In this document: one piece after another, positions 38,253 to 46,888 of the stretch
Position numbering within the stretch: the stretch's first letter is position 1
Layout of the letters: each line of letters starts with the position of its first letter
IMG/VR virus record: IMGVR_UViG_3300047357_000359
Coordinates: 9,728-73,727 of that record
DNA length: 64,000 bases
Strand: one strand, 5' to 3'
From: a virus
Program-made: the position numbers and the translations under genes
The notes under the pieces: generated by a model
The model's database searches: none
Seen by the model: the letters and a program-made list of their open reading frames with translations, nothing else
Told to the model about the DNA's origin: nothing

Positions 38253-39218
38253 ATGCCAGAAATGATTTATAGACGTATTCAAGACAATGGTAGTATTGTT
38301 AACTTTAATGTTGAAAAAGAAGGTACACCATTTATTATTGTTACATATTTAGGAAAAGAAACAAGGGTACATGGCCCACAAGCCGCTCTTGATAAAAAGT
38401 TTGCAGGTGGAACACCTAAGTATGTTGATGATACTGTAGATGCTAAAGCAGTTAAACTTGAAACTGCCTGTGATGCTACAATGGCAACTGCAACAGATGC
38501 CTGTGCAGTTATGGGTAGTATTGGTTCATTAGCACCTGATGTTGAAACAGCTATATCAGCCTCCGAAACAGAAGAAAAAATTAACGAGTTACTAACAGAG
38601 TCTATGGACGTGGCAGGTGAGGCAACTGAAAAGATTTCTGAAATCAATACTAACATTACAGATGCAACAGCTAAGACAGAAGAAGTTAATGCTCTTATCG
38701 AACGTTTAGAAGCAATAGAACTTGACGATGATACTCCGGATCCGCAACTGTACACAGTAGCAAGAGAAGAATTAGAAACTGCCTTAGACAATTATATTAA
38801 TGGTGTGTCTGAGACAATGAACGACTTAAATGAAGTACTAGGTGATGAAGCACCAGACGTTGGACAAGAGATTAACGATGCGTGTGCAGTAGTGTCAGAA
38901 AACATTGGTGCATGTCAAGGTGAACTAAGTGCAATGGTTGCCGCAGTTAAAACAGGTAACTGTAAAGGAATAACAACTGCACTACAAAATACAAAGTTTA
39001 CACCTAGTGGACAAGCAGGTGAGATTAAAGAGAAAATGAAAAGCGATGTTCCGGCACAAACAAGAACTATACAATCAAATGGTAGTATTGTTAACTGGAA
39101 TATTGACAAGAAGAAACCTTTCAGAGATGTTATGCACCAAGGTAAGCTAACAAGAGTATATGCTACAACAGAACAACTAGACAAAGCATTTCCTGAATCA
39201 ATATTGGTAGCAGTATAA
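38253..39218 (+). CDS. protein with terminal repeat domains and acidic coiled coil
   Basis: IQ.NGSIVN(F/W)N repeat at both termini. Confidence 0.7.
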   Translation: MPEMIYRRIQDNGSIVNFNVEKEGTPFIIVTYLGKETRVHGPQAALDKKFAGGTPKYVDDTVDAKAVKLETACDATMATATDACAVMGSIGSLAPDVETAISASETEEKINELLTESMDVAGEATEKISEINTNITDATAKTEEVNALIERLEAIELDDDTPDPQLYTVAREELETALDNYINGVSETMNDLNEVLGDEAPDVGQEINDACAVVSENIGACQGELSAMVAAVKTGNCKGITTALQNTKFTPSGQAGEIKEKMKSDVPAQTRTIQSNGSIVNWNIDKKKPFRDVMHQGKLTRVYATTEQLDKAFPESILVAV

Positions 39219-39865
39219 TGAGTGCTATACCTAAAGTTCAATTAAAAGCTAACAGTCAACTTGTTAACTTTAATGTTAATACTAAGTTGAATAGTGAAAT
39301 CAAAGTTATAAATGGTGTAGAAACAGAAGTGTTTGGTGATCCTTCAATGATTGCTGAACGATTTCCTGACCTACCAGAAGCATCGTTACCCGACTTTGGC
39401 ATTCCTGATCCTGCGGCAGACTTACCTGTAATACCATCTGATCTAGGTGGACTTATACCAGATTCAATTAAAAATGCTACAGCTAACAAATTAGAACTAG
39501 CTAAACAATCAACAGCAAGTGCAAGTTCTAAGATAGGTAATTTGTTTACTAGCTTTGCTGGTTTAGATACAAGAAAGATATCTGAACTTGCATCATTAGG
39601 AGAACTAGAAGCAAAGATTCATAACGCTAAAGTATTACTTGGTGATGTTCCTGCATCAGCAGAACCTAAGTCAGCTGAACCAAGTAACAAGCCTGCGAAG
39701 TCATTACAGATACAAAGCGGTGGTGGCATTGTTAACTTTAATGTTAATAAGAAACTTCCGTACAAAGATGTTATGTATGATTACATGAGCGAAGGTTTAA
39801 AACTGTACAGAATATACGGTACACAAGCACAACTAGATTCACAATTTCCAACAGGGTCAGCATAG
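39218..39865 (+). CDS. paralogous protein with terminal repeat domains
   Basis: (L/I)VNFNVN repeat at both termini. Confidence 0.7.
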   Translation: MSAIPKVQLKANSQLVNFNVNTKLNSEIKVINGVETEVFGDPSMIAERFPDLPEASLPDFGIPDPAADLPVIPSDLGGLIPDSIKNATANKLELAKQSTASASSKIGNLFTSFAGLDTRKISELASLGELEAKIHNAKVLLGDVPASAEPKSAEPSNKPAKSLQIQSGGGIVNFNVNKKLPYKDVMYDYMSEGLKLYRIYGTQAQLDSQFPTGSA

Positions 39866-40915
39866 ATGGGACAACCAATAGCAAGAATTGGCGACAGGAC
39901 ACAAGGTACTTGTTATCATCCTAGTCATCCACCTTTAGACATTGGTGGTACTATTATAACAGGTAGTCCGAACGTGTTTACTAACAACATTCCTACAGCA
40001 AGACTAGGAGACCTAGTTGAAACTGACTGTGGGCATATAGGTAAAATTATAACAGGATCAACAATAGACATTACTAATGAGTTACTTACAGCAAGGATTG
40101 GTGATGTAATTGATACAGACGCTCCTTACAAGGCAGTTATTGTTACAGGTAGTACAGACGTAGCAGGTGATCCACAAGCAACAGCAGAAGAACAAGCGAA
40201 CGCAATAGGTAACGTAGTTGCACAAGCAATGGGCTTTGAAAAGGTTACACTTGATCCAGTAGAAGCCGCAGACATTATTATTGGTCGTAAGATTGAAAGA
40301 GATAACGGAGTTGATCCAGATACAACAGAAGCAGTAGAATATGGCGATGGTGGTATTCCAACTGCTAGACGTGGTAATGAAAGTCCTGTACTTACAGGTG
40401 GAGAATCCGGAGTAACAAATACAGCAGGACCACAACCGGCTCCAGCAAGTTCATCGTCAGATGGAGAGTTAGTTGAAGAAGTTCCAAGTAAACAACCATC
40501 AAATGCAGATGGACAATTTATTAAATGGTTACCACACGTTGACAGTAGAGTGAAACCACAAGTTGTAACAGGCTTAGAAAGAATATCTAGAGAGATGGGT
40601 TTCCAATTAGTTTGTACTAGTGGATATAGAAGTCCAGAATACAATTCAAGAGTTGGTGGATCTAAGAAAAGTCAACACATGTTAGGAAATGCTGTCGACA
40701 TTGTTCAGACAGGACTAACAACAGCACAACGTCAAAAGTTCATTCAAGCGGCTATTGACGCAGGGTTTACTGCAATTGGCATATACAATACATTTACGCA
40801 CATTGATATTAGAGGTGCAAAAGTGGCTTGGGGTTCCAATGGAAGTAGAACTGGCCTACCAAAATATCCATGGGCACAACAGACCTTAAAAGCTAATGGA
40901 TATGCTACTAGTTAA
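39866..40915 (+). CDS. PAAR spike-tip protein fused to peptidase M15 domain
   Basis: PIARIGD/PTARLGD/TARIGD repeats; TSGYRS..YN..VGG...SQH..G.AVD...FTHID. Confidence 0.85.
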   Translation: MGQPIARIGDRTQGTCYHPSHPPLDIGGTIITGSPNVFTNNIPTARLGDLVETDCGHIGKIITGSTIDITNELLTARIGDVIDTDAPYKAVIVTGSTDVAGDPQATAEEQANAIGNVVAQAMGFEKVTLDPVEAADIIIGRKIERDNGVDPDTTEAVEYGDGGIPTARRGNESPVLTGGESGVTNTAGPQPAPASSSSDGELVEEVPSKQPSNADGQFIKWLPHVDSRVKPQVVTGLERISREMGFQLVCTSGYRSPEYNSRVGGSKKSQHMLGNAVDIVQTGLTTAQRQKFIQAAIDAGFTAIGIYNTFTHIDIRGAKVAWGSNGSRTGLPKYPWAQQTLKANGYATS

Positions 40916-41018
40916 ACCACTTTAAAGATAAATGCACTCAAAGATAGCATAAATAAGCTCGAAGACTCTCCCGGAGTCTTTTTATGTTATAATATAGATA
41001 AGGATATAATAAAATAAA

Positions 41019-42092
41019 ATGAAAAAAGTAACGATGGTGTTAGCCGTCTTGTTCGCAACTCTTGCGACAGGAACCTTGGCTGACGATGCAGGTCTCGAAA
41101 GTAGAGTACAGGCCCTTGAAAGTAGTATGCCAAATTTACCAGCTGGACTTTATGTCAATGGTGAAATTGAGGGTATATATGACGATAAAACTTATGACTC
41201 TGGTTGGGACTCACGTGCTGAATTGCAAGTTGGTATTAGCCAAGACTTAGATATTGACAAGAACATGCTTAACCTTAACTGGGTTGGTGCAACTATGACG
41301 TATGATAGTGATTATGCATTAGATAGTACTCTTGACAATACTATTGTTGAAAAGCAATTAGGTTTTGGTAATGACTTCGCAACAATCTATGTTGGTGAAA
41401 CTGATGCACAACGCATTGGCTTTGCAAAAACATCAAAGATTGGAGCACCAATTATCATTACTGAATCAAGTAGTAGGTTGGATCACAATGAAAAGACTGT
41501 TTTAGTATTAGGCGGATTTGAAAAAGAAACTGAATTCGAATTTGATGCGTACAGACTTAAAAGAGAAAAGCCATGGGGTGTAGTTGTTGGTTACGATAAC
41601 AACGAAGACTCATTGTATGCAAGTGCAACAGTTAGCTTATTAGGTTTAGCTGATGTATCATACATGATCATTGACACAACTGCGGCAGGTTCAGCAAGTT
41701 ACACAACAGACACTCGTCAAGAAGGATACGCTATTGGCGGAACACTTCGTAGATGGGATATCCCAATGCAATGGGGTGTTGAGTTGTGGGACGACAAAGA
41801 CACAGGTCTTGCAAGTGATGACAGAATTGATATGGGTGTAATGTATAATGTTACTCCAGCAACTTATGTTACTGCTCATAGAACTATGAATGATGACTTA
41901 GGTTACGATGGTAACTATTACGGTGTTGTTCATAACGTGTATGCTAACTATGACGCTGGCAAACGTGCTGATAAGCAAGATGGATTAGAGATTGGTTTAT
42001 ATCTACACGATAAGAGTGGAACATCAACTATCACTGGTGCAGATTATGCTGATACAACATCAATCCTGGGATCTGTGAAATATAAATTCTAA
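41019..42092 (+). CDS. putative outer-membrane beta-barrel (porin-like)
   Basis: Signal peptide, short coiled coil, amphipathic strands, C-terminal VKYKF. Confidence 0.65.
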   Translation: MKKVTMVLAVLFATLATGTLADDAGLESRVQALESSMPNLPAGLYVNGEIEGIYDDKTYDSGWDSRAELQVGISQDLDIDKNMLNLNWVGATMTYDSDYALDSTLDNTIVEKQLGFGNDFATIYVGETDAQRIGFAKTSKIGAPIIITESSSRLDHNEKTVLVLGGFEKETEFEFDAYRLKREKPWGVVVGYDNNEDSLYASATVSLLGLADVSYMIIDTTAAGSASYTTDTRQEGYAIGGTLRRWDIPMQWGVELWDDKDTGLASDDRIDMGVMYNVTPATYVTAHRTMNDDLGYDGNYYGVVHNVYANYDAGKRADKQDGLEIGLYLHDKSGTSTITGADYADTTSILGSVKYKF

Positions 42093-42161
42093 ACCACATT
42101 TAACACGCCTTAAATGCTATGATAGTAAATAAAAGCGTGTTAAACACAATAGGAGATAATT

Positions 42162-42341
42162 ATGTCACAACATCACGAAGCGATTAAAGCGGCAATGGAA
42201 TCATACTTAGCTGAAAGCGAGTCTTTCGAAACTAAGGGTGTTAAAGCGGCCGCGGCAAGAGCAAGAAAAGCACTAGGTGAACTTGGTAAACTTACTAAGG
42301 CAAGACGTGCTGAAATTCAGGAAAAAAAGAACTCAATGTAG
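42162..42341 (+). CDS. histone H1-like Hc1-family protein (59 aa)
   Basis: Manually translated: KGVKAAAARARKALGELGKLTKARRAEIQ; AGGAG RBS. Confidence 0.75.
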   Translation: MSQHHEAIKAAMESYLAESESFETKGVKAAAARARKALGELGKLTKARRAEIQEKKNSM

Positions 42342-42350
42342 TTTATAATA

Positions 42351-42385
42351 TAGCACGGCCCCTCAAAAGGCCGTGCTATTTTTTT
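42351..42385 (+). terminator. intrinsic terminator
   Basis: TAGCACGGCC/GGCCGTGCTA followed by T7. Confidence 0.85.
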
Positions 42386-42406
42386 GGCTTAATTTTGACA
42401 TAAAGC

Positions 42407-42414
42407 TATAAATA
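42407..42414 (+). promoter_or_regulatory. T4-type late promoter TATAAATA
   Basis: Exact consensus; also at 16376, 43307, 55479 and 58242, with many ATAAATA variants. Confidence 0.7.
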
Positions 42415-42469
42415 CACTATACAACAGTAGCAATAATTAACATTGTTATATTAAGGAAATAATAAACTT

Positions 42470-42697
42470 ATGAGCGATAGAATACATGGCATTCTAAAGT
42501 GGTTTGATGCGAAAAAAGGTTACGGATTTATTACTCCGTCATCCGGTGGACAAGATGTGTTTGTACATGTCAGTGCTTTTAACGCCGCACAGATTACAAA
42601 TATCCAAAACAAGATGCAACTTGAATTTGAAATGGTTGATAACCGTGGACGAATGATAGCTGGTAACTTGGCAATACCCGACAGTTTTAATAGGTAA
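42470..42697 (+). CDS. cold-shock protein
   Basis: KWFD.KKGYGFI, DVFVHVSA. Confidence 0.92.
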   Translation: MSDRIHGILKWFDAKKGYGFITPSSGGQDVFVHVSAFNAAQITNIQNKMQLEFEMVDNRGRMIAGNLAIPDSFNR

Positions 42698-42700
42698 CAA

Positions 42701-42955
42701 TTAACGTAAGGCTTGTTTAGCCTTTAATGCCGCTCTCTTCTTCTCAGCTTCAATTGATTGTCTTACTTTTCTACCCCAAGGTAATTTAATTGTTTCTGCA
42801 ATTTCTTTACCTTTCTTACTGATATACTCAACACCAATAAACATATCTTTGAAGTCACTTTGCACAGCCTTAACTGCTCTTGTTAAACTTAATTGCTCTG
42901 TATCTTTTTCATCACCTGCTTCATTCCAAAAATGGAACTTTCTCATTTTAGCCAT
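42701..42955 (-). CDS. hypothetical protein
   Basis: GAAAGG RBS. Confidence 0.6.
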   Translation of the reverse strand: MAKMRKFHFWNEAGDEKDTEQLSLTRAVKAVQSDFKDMFIGVEYISKKGKEIAETIKLPWGRKVRQSIEAEKKRAALKAKQALR

Positions 42956-42994
42956 AACGACCTTTCTTTTAGTTTCTACTTATTAAATATAGAC

Positions 42995-43300
42995 ATGAAG
43001 TGTACTAAAGGCGACTTAGCCCAAATCATATATTCAGTACGTCCTGAGAATATTGGACGAATTGTCAAATGCGTAGATTATATTGGTAAATTCAAACAAG
43101 GAGAACAGTTTGAGTTTAGAGGTATGCCCTGCCAATGCCCTGTTACAGATCACTATTGGTGGATTGAAGCAGAAGACTTATCAAGCCTGTTTGGACCTAG
43201 CCCAAGAGCATACATTGCCGACAGTTGGTTAGAGCCTTTAAAGAATCCAAATTCCAAAACAAAAGAAAAAGTAGAAAAAGAACTTGACATAGCCGCATAA
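42995..43300 (+). CDS. hypothetical protein
   Basis: MKC..GDLA.I...ENIG.IV; D..L.P. Confidence 0.65.
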   Translation: MKCTKGDLAQIIYSVRPENIGRIVKCVDYIGKFKQGEQFEFRGMPCQCPVTDHYWWIEAEDLSSLFGPSPRAYIADSWLEPLKNPNSKTKEKVEKELDIAA

Positions 43301-43319
43301 TGAGTGTATAAATATACTC

Positions 43320-43585
43320 ATAACGTTGAAGCAATTCAAACGCTATACAGGACTCGGGGGCAGTACCCGACGCCTCCACCATAAACACATTAAGCACAGG
43401 AGTGTGCTTATGATGGGGGCGAACTAGGATCGACTGGTAGTTAATAGAGTTAGTGGAGTTATCCGGATCTAAGCACGGTTATCGCGAAGAAAACTACAGA
43501 CGCAAACGAAAACTTTGCTCTTGCGGCCTAGTAATTAACTAGGTTACGGGGTTGGCAACTTACCTGGCAACAGAAAAGTTGCGTT
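43320..43585 (+). ncRNA. ssrA: circularly permuted two-piece tmRNA
   Basis: Acceptor piece ending ...CGACGCCTCCACCA (43381) precedes coding piece GGGGGCGAA..GGATCGAC (43415); tag ANENFALAA* at 43502-43531. Confidence 0.9.
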
Positions 43586-43603
43586 TTTACTATTGGGGGC
43601 AAT

Positions 43604-43792
43604 GTGAAAGAACCTGGGCAAACAACACAAGATGCTATTAAAGATCTAAAGATGGTTATAATGTCTTTAGGAATAACATTTTCAGTACTAATGTTCTTTG
43701 AGCCAGAAGACCCAGAGACAGTAGGTTTCTTAGTTGGCCTTCCTAGCTACATAATACTTCGTTGGTTACAGTTAGAAAATATTGGCTTATAG
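43604..43792 (+). CDS. small membrane protein
   Basis: Two hydrophobic segments. Confidence 0.45.
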   Translation: MKEPGQTTQDAIKDLKMVIMSLGITFSVLMFFEPEDPETVGFLVGLPSYIILRWLQLENIGL

Positions 43793-43859
43793 ACACAGCC
43801 TATTAGACTTAGGCATTTTTCTGTGTTATAATAATTTAAATATAGCATAAGGAGAAAAC

Positions 43860-44915
43860 ATGCCACCACGTAATCATAAGAGTTGGTTAGCACAACCAAA
43901 CGTAGAATCAATCAGCAGTTCAGCATATAACGATCCAGAAATATTTGCACAAGAGCAAGAACGTATCTTTAGTAAAGTATGGGTACCTATGTGCCACATC
44001 TCTGAGATGTATAACAAACTAGACTACCGAACAACACAGATAGCAGGTGTTAATGTTATTGCATACAACACAGGCGATGGTGTTCGAGCATATCGTAACT
44101 ATGGCAGTTGGGCACCTAGTGGTACTCTTGGAGCACCTATTGTAACTGTTGAACCACAGTTGCATTGTGAAGTAAAGCACGGAGGCATGGTATGGGTAAC
44201 ACTTGATCCTAATCCAACGCAGAGTGTTGAGGAATGGACAGCAGGTGCATTTGATTGTATTGCTGATGCTATTGACACAGAAGAAATGGAAGTGTTTCAT
44301 TATCACAAAGCAATTATAAATACCAATTATAAGTTATGGCATGATACCAATAGTGAATTCTATCACGACTTCATGCACTACTTCAATAGAGTAAGTGGGT
44401 TCAATGATGAGTACTTCGCACGTAAGAATATACCTTTTGATAATGGGCATGTTAATGTGTCTAGTTTTACTGTCAACTATGAGGAGTACGAAGGCTTTGA
44501 AGATAGAGGAGAATTATCATTCCCAAACTTGCCACCCAATCAATGGTACATGGTTGATCTGTTCCCTGGATTCAACTTCAACCTTCGAGGCTCCGCCTAC
44601 CGTAGTGATTCAGTTACTCCCCTAAGTTGTAACAAAGTTCTTATTGAGTTTAGAGGTTATGGACTGCGTAAGGATACACCTGAAGAAAGACTAACACGTA
44701 TCAAACATCACAACAGCATATGGGGACCGTTTGGACGTAACCTACATGAAGACCTAATTGGTGTAGCAGGACAAGGTACTACAATGCGTGAAGGTACAGA
44801 AGCACGTAACATATTACATGGTAGACATGAAAATGGAACTATACATGATGAAGTAGGTATGCGTCATTACTATTCAGAATGGGGCAAGTATTTGGATGTT
44901 GACCCGTATCAGTAA
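43860..44915 (+). CDS. ring-hydroxylating oxygenase alpha-subunit homolog lacking Rieske ligands
   Basis: Y.DPEIF..EQERIFSKVW..CH.SE; NYKL...EFYH.DFMH; ED...GQ; no CxH/CxxH. Confidence 0.8.
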   Translation: MPPRNHKSWLAQPNVESISSSAYNDPEIFAQEQERIFSKVWVPMCHISEMYNKLDYRTTQIAGVNVIAYNTGDGVRAYRNYGSWAPSGTLGAPIVTVEPQLHCEVKHGGMVWVTLDPNPTQSVEEWTAGAFDCIADAIDTEEMEVFHYHKAIINTNYKLWHDTNSEFYHDFMHYFNRVSGFNDEYFARKNIPFDNGHVNVSSFTVNYEEYEGFEDRGELSFPNLPPNQWYMVDLFPGFNFNLRGSAYRSDSVTPLSCNKVLIEFRGYGLRKDTPEERLTRIKHHNSIWGPFGRNLHEDLIGVAGQGTTMREGTEARNILHGRHENGTIHDEVGMRHYYSEWGKYLDVDPYQ

Positions 44916-44931
44916 ATTGGTAAACTAACTC

Positions 44932-44960
44932 TTGACATAATGTTAACTCTGCGTTACAAT
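44932..44960 (+). promoter_or_regulatory. sigma70-type early promoter
   Basis: TTGACA-N17-TACAAT. Confidence 0.7.
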
Positions 44961-44994
44961 AATAGTATTAAAGTAAAGTAGAGGTAACATTATT

Positions 44995-45447
44995 ATGACT
45001 ATGAGTTTGGTACGTGGAATGACTTCCCTTAATACTAAGAAACGTAAAGCTACCAAGATGACTAAAGGCAGACTCGAACGTCTTGTCAAAGAGCATCGTG
45101 AACATAATAAGTCTATGAAACGTATTCATGCACACAGTAATATAATGACATTTGATGAATATGTTGAATACGTAAGTGGTAACTTTAAACCCAAAACAAA
45201 AACATCTACTAAGGCATGGACTTGGGAAGGTCCAAAAGTACGTGAAACAGAATACATTCCTAGTCGTGTTACTAAGGATAGTTTCGCTCCAGCAACCAAA
45301 AAAGAATCTATGCAATACACAGGTGAACGTAAACTTGTAGGTATTGCTATGATGCATAAAAGTAACTTGGTTCCTGTGTTTGCAGACGACGATGACAAAA
45401 CAGGATCAAAACAAGCAACTGAAATCGCACAGATGAGGAGAAATTAA
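44995..45447 (+). CDS. conserved T4-like phage hypothetical protein
   Basis: YTG..LVGIA.MHKSNLVPVF...A.MRR. Confidence 0.7.
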   Translation: MTMSLVRGMTSLNTKKRKATKMTKGRLERLVKEHREHNKSMKRIHAHSNIMTFDEYVEYVSGNFKPKTKTSTKAWTWEGPKVRETEYIPSRVTKDSFAPATKKESMQYTGERKLVGIAMMHKSNLVPVFADDDDKTGSKQATEIAQMRRN

Positions 45448-45625
45448 AATGGTTGAATTTATTGGTTTTGCACTTGTAGTTCGATTATTGAACGCACAAG
45501 ATTTACTAATGATTTGTGTGGCAAATTGTGGTTAAACATTTTGGTAAACAAAAGGTTGACCATTTGAATTAATGGTGCTATAGTATATACATAATTAACA
45601 AATAGGCAAAAATAGGAGGCTTATA

Positions 45626-46105
45626 ATGAAGGCAATAATGAAACTAGCAATGGCAGGTACCCTAGTATCTATGTTGGGTGCTTGTTCAAGTATGACTACC
45701 ATTGCTGAAAGAGACACGTATGCACAACCTAAGTGGTATGCATCATGTGCCCAAGCAGGAACCGAAGGTTGGTTCTGGTGGAAAGAAGAGTATGCATATG
45801 CATGTGGGGCAGGAGAAAGTATTTTCCAACAAGCCGCAGAAGAGCAAATGTATGCTATTGCAATGAATAACTTTGCAAAACGTATTAATGGTAGAGTGAA
45901 TAGTGAAACAACTATGAATTTTACAAATGATACTAAAGATACAAACACGTTTATTTCGTACAAGGTAAATGATACGGCAATTACACAACACCTTGAAGAA
46001 GAACGTTCAACGTTTGTATATGCAGGTAAACAGTATACCTTTGTCAAACTAAGAATGCCAAAGGCAGTATTCGATTCACTCGTAGCACAATCAAAGAGTC
46101 AGTAA
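45626..46105 (+). CDS. lipoprotein (LPP20-like)
   Basis: Lipobox LGAC; P.WY. Confidence 0.7.
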   Translation: MKAIMKLAMAGTLVSMLGACSSMTTIAERDTYAQPKWYASCAQAGTEGWFWWKEEYAYACGAGESIFQQAAEEQMYAIAMNNFAKRINGRVNSETTMNFTNDTKDTNTFISYKVNDTAITQHLEEERSTFVYAGKQYTFVKLRMPKAVFDSLVAQSKSQ

Positions 46106-46106
46106 C

Positions 46107-46442
46107 ATGAGGATACTCCTGTTACTTGGACTAATCCTCGGAGTGTCGGCTTGTAGCACGACACCTCCTTTGGGTAAAACTCAGATGCAGTATTGTGAAA
46201 CAGATCAAATCATTAAAAAATCTAATGATAAAACTGTTAGCAGTGAAACGACACTTACCTGTTCAGACAGCCCAGTAAAGAAGTTGATTCCTCCTAAAAT
46301 GGGATTAGGATCTAACTGTAGAGAACACTGGTATTCCGTTAATATTAATGGCAAGATGGTTGAAAGAAAAGGCTATGCTTGTTTATTCAAAGGAAAAGAT
46401 TATGAGAGCTCTCGTTGGTATATTGTTGATAGCCCTTACTAG
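46107..46442 (+). CDS. lipoprotein
   Basis: Lipobox VSAC. Confidence 0.7.
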   Translation: MRILLLLGLILGVSACSTTPPLGKTQMQYCETDQIIKKSNDKTVSSETTLTCSDSPVKKLIPPKMGLGSNCREHWYSVNINGKMVERKGYACLFKGKDYESSRWYIVDSPY

Positions 46443-46830
46443 TGCATGTAGCACAACTGGGTCTGACGTAACAACTTCTCAAACTACTAATGCAAGTGTA
46501 CAGTCAACATATCAGCCTAATAATGGATATGTTAATATATTAGTAAACGTTACTAAATGGCATTGGTATAGACTTCCAACTGAAGACCGTATGAAACAAG
46601 AACGAGCATTGTTCTTTGCACTAGATAACTCTGAAAACGGACAAACAACTAGTTGGTATAATAATACTACAGGAACAAATGGTGTAGTACAAATATTATC
46701 TACATTCCCACAAGGGTCAGGTTATTGTAGAACTGTAGTGACACGTTTACACTACAAAAGTAAAGAACGAATCTTCAAAGAAATTGCTTGTAAAGAATCA
46801 GGACACCCAGGTTGGCGGTTTCAAACTTAA
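46402..46830 (+). CDS. lipoprotein, RT0821/17-kDa surface antigen-like
   Basis: Lipobox TSAC; ALD...G...W.N..TG..G...YCR...AC....W. Confidence 0.75.
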   Translation: MRALVGILLIALTSACSTTGSDVTTSQTTNASVQSTYQPNNGYVNILVNVTKWHWYRLPTEDRMKQERALFFALDNSENGQTTSWYNNTTGTNGVVQILSTFPQGSGYCRTVVTRLHYKSKERIFKEIACKESGHPGWRFQT

Positions 46831-46888
46831 ATAGTAACTTAATTAACAATAAAAAGGCAGGTAAATAGTGTATACAAAAGGAAACCAT

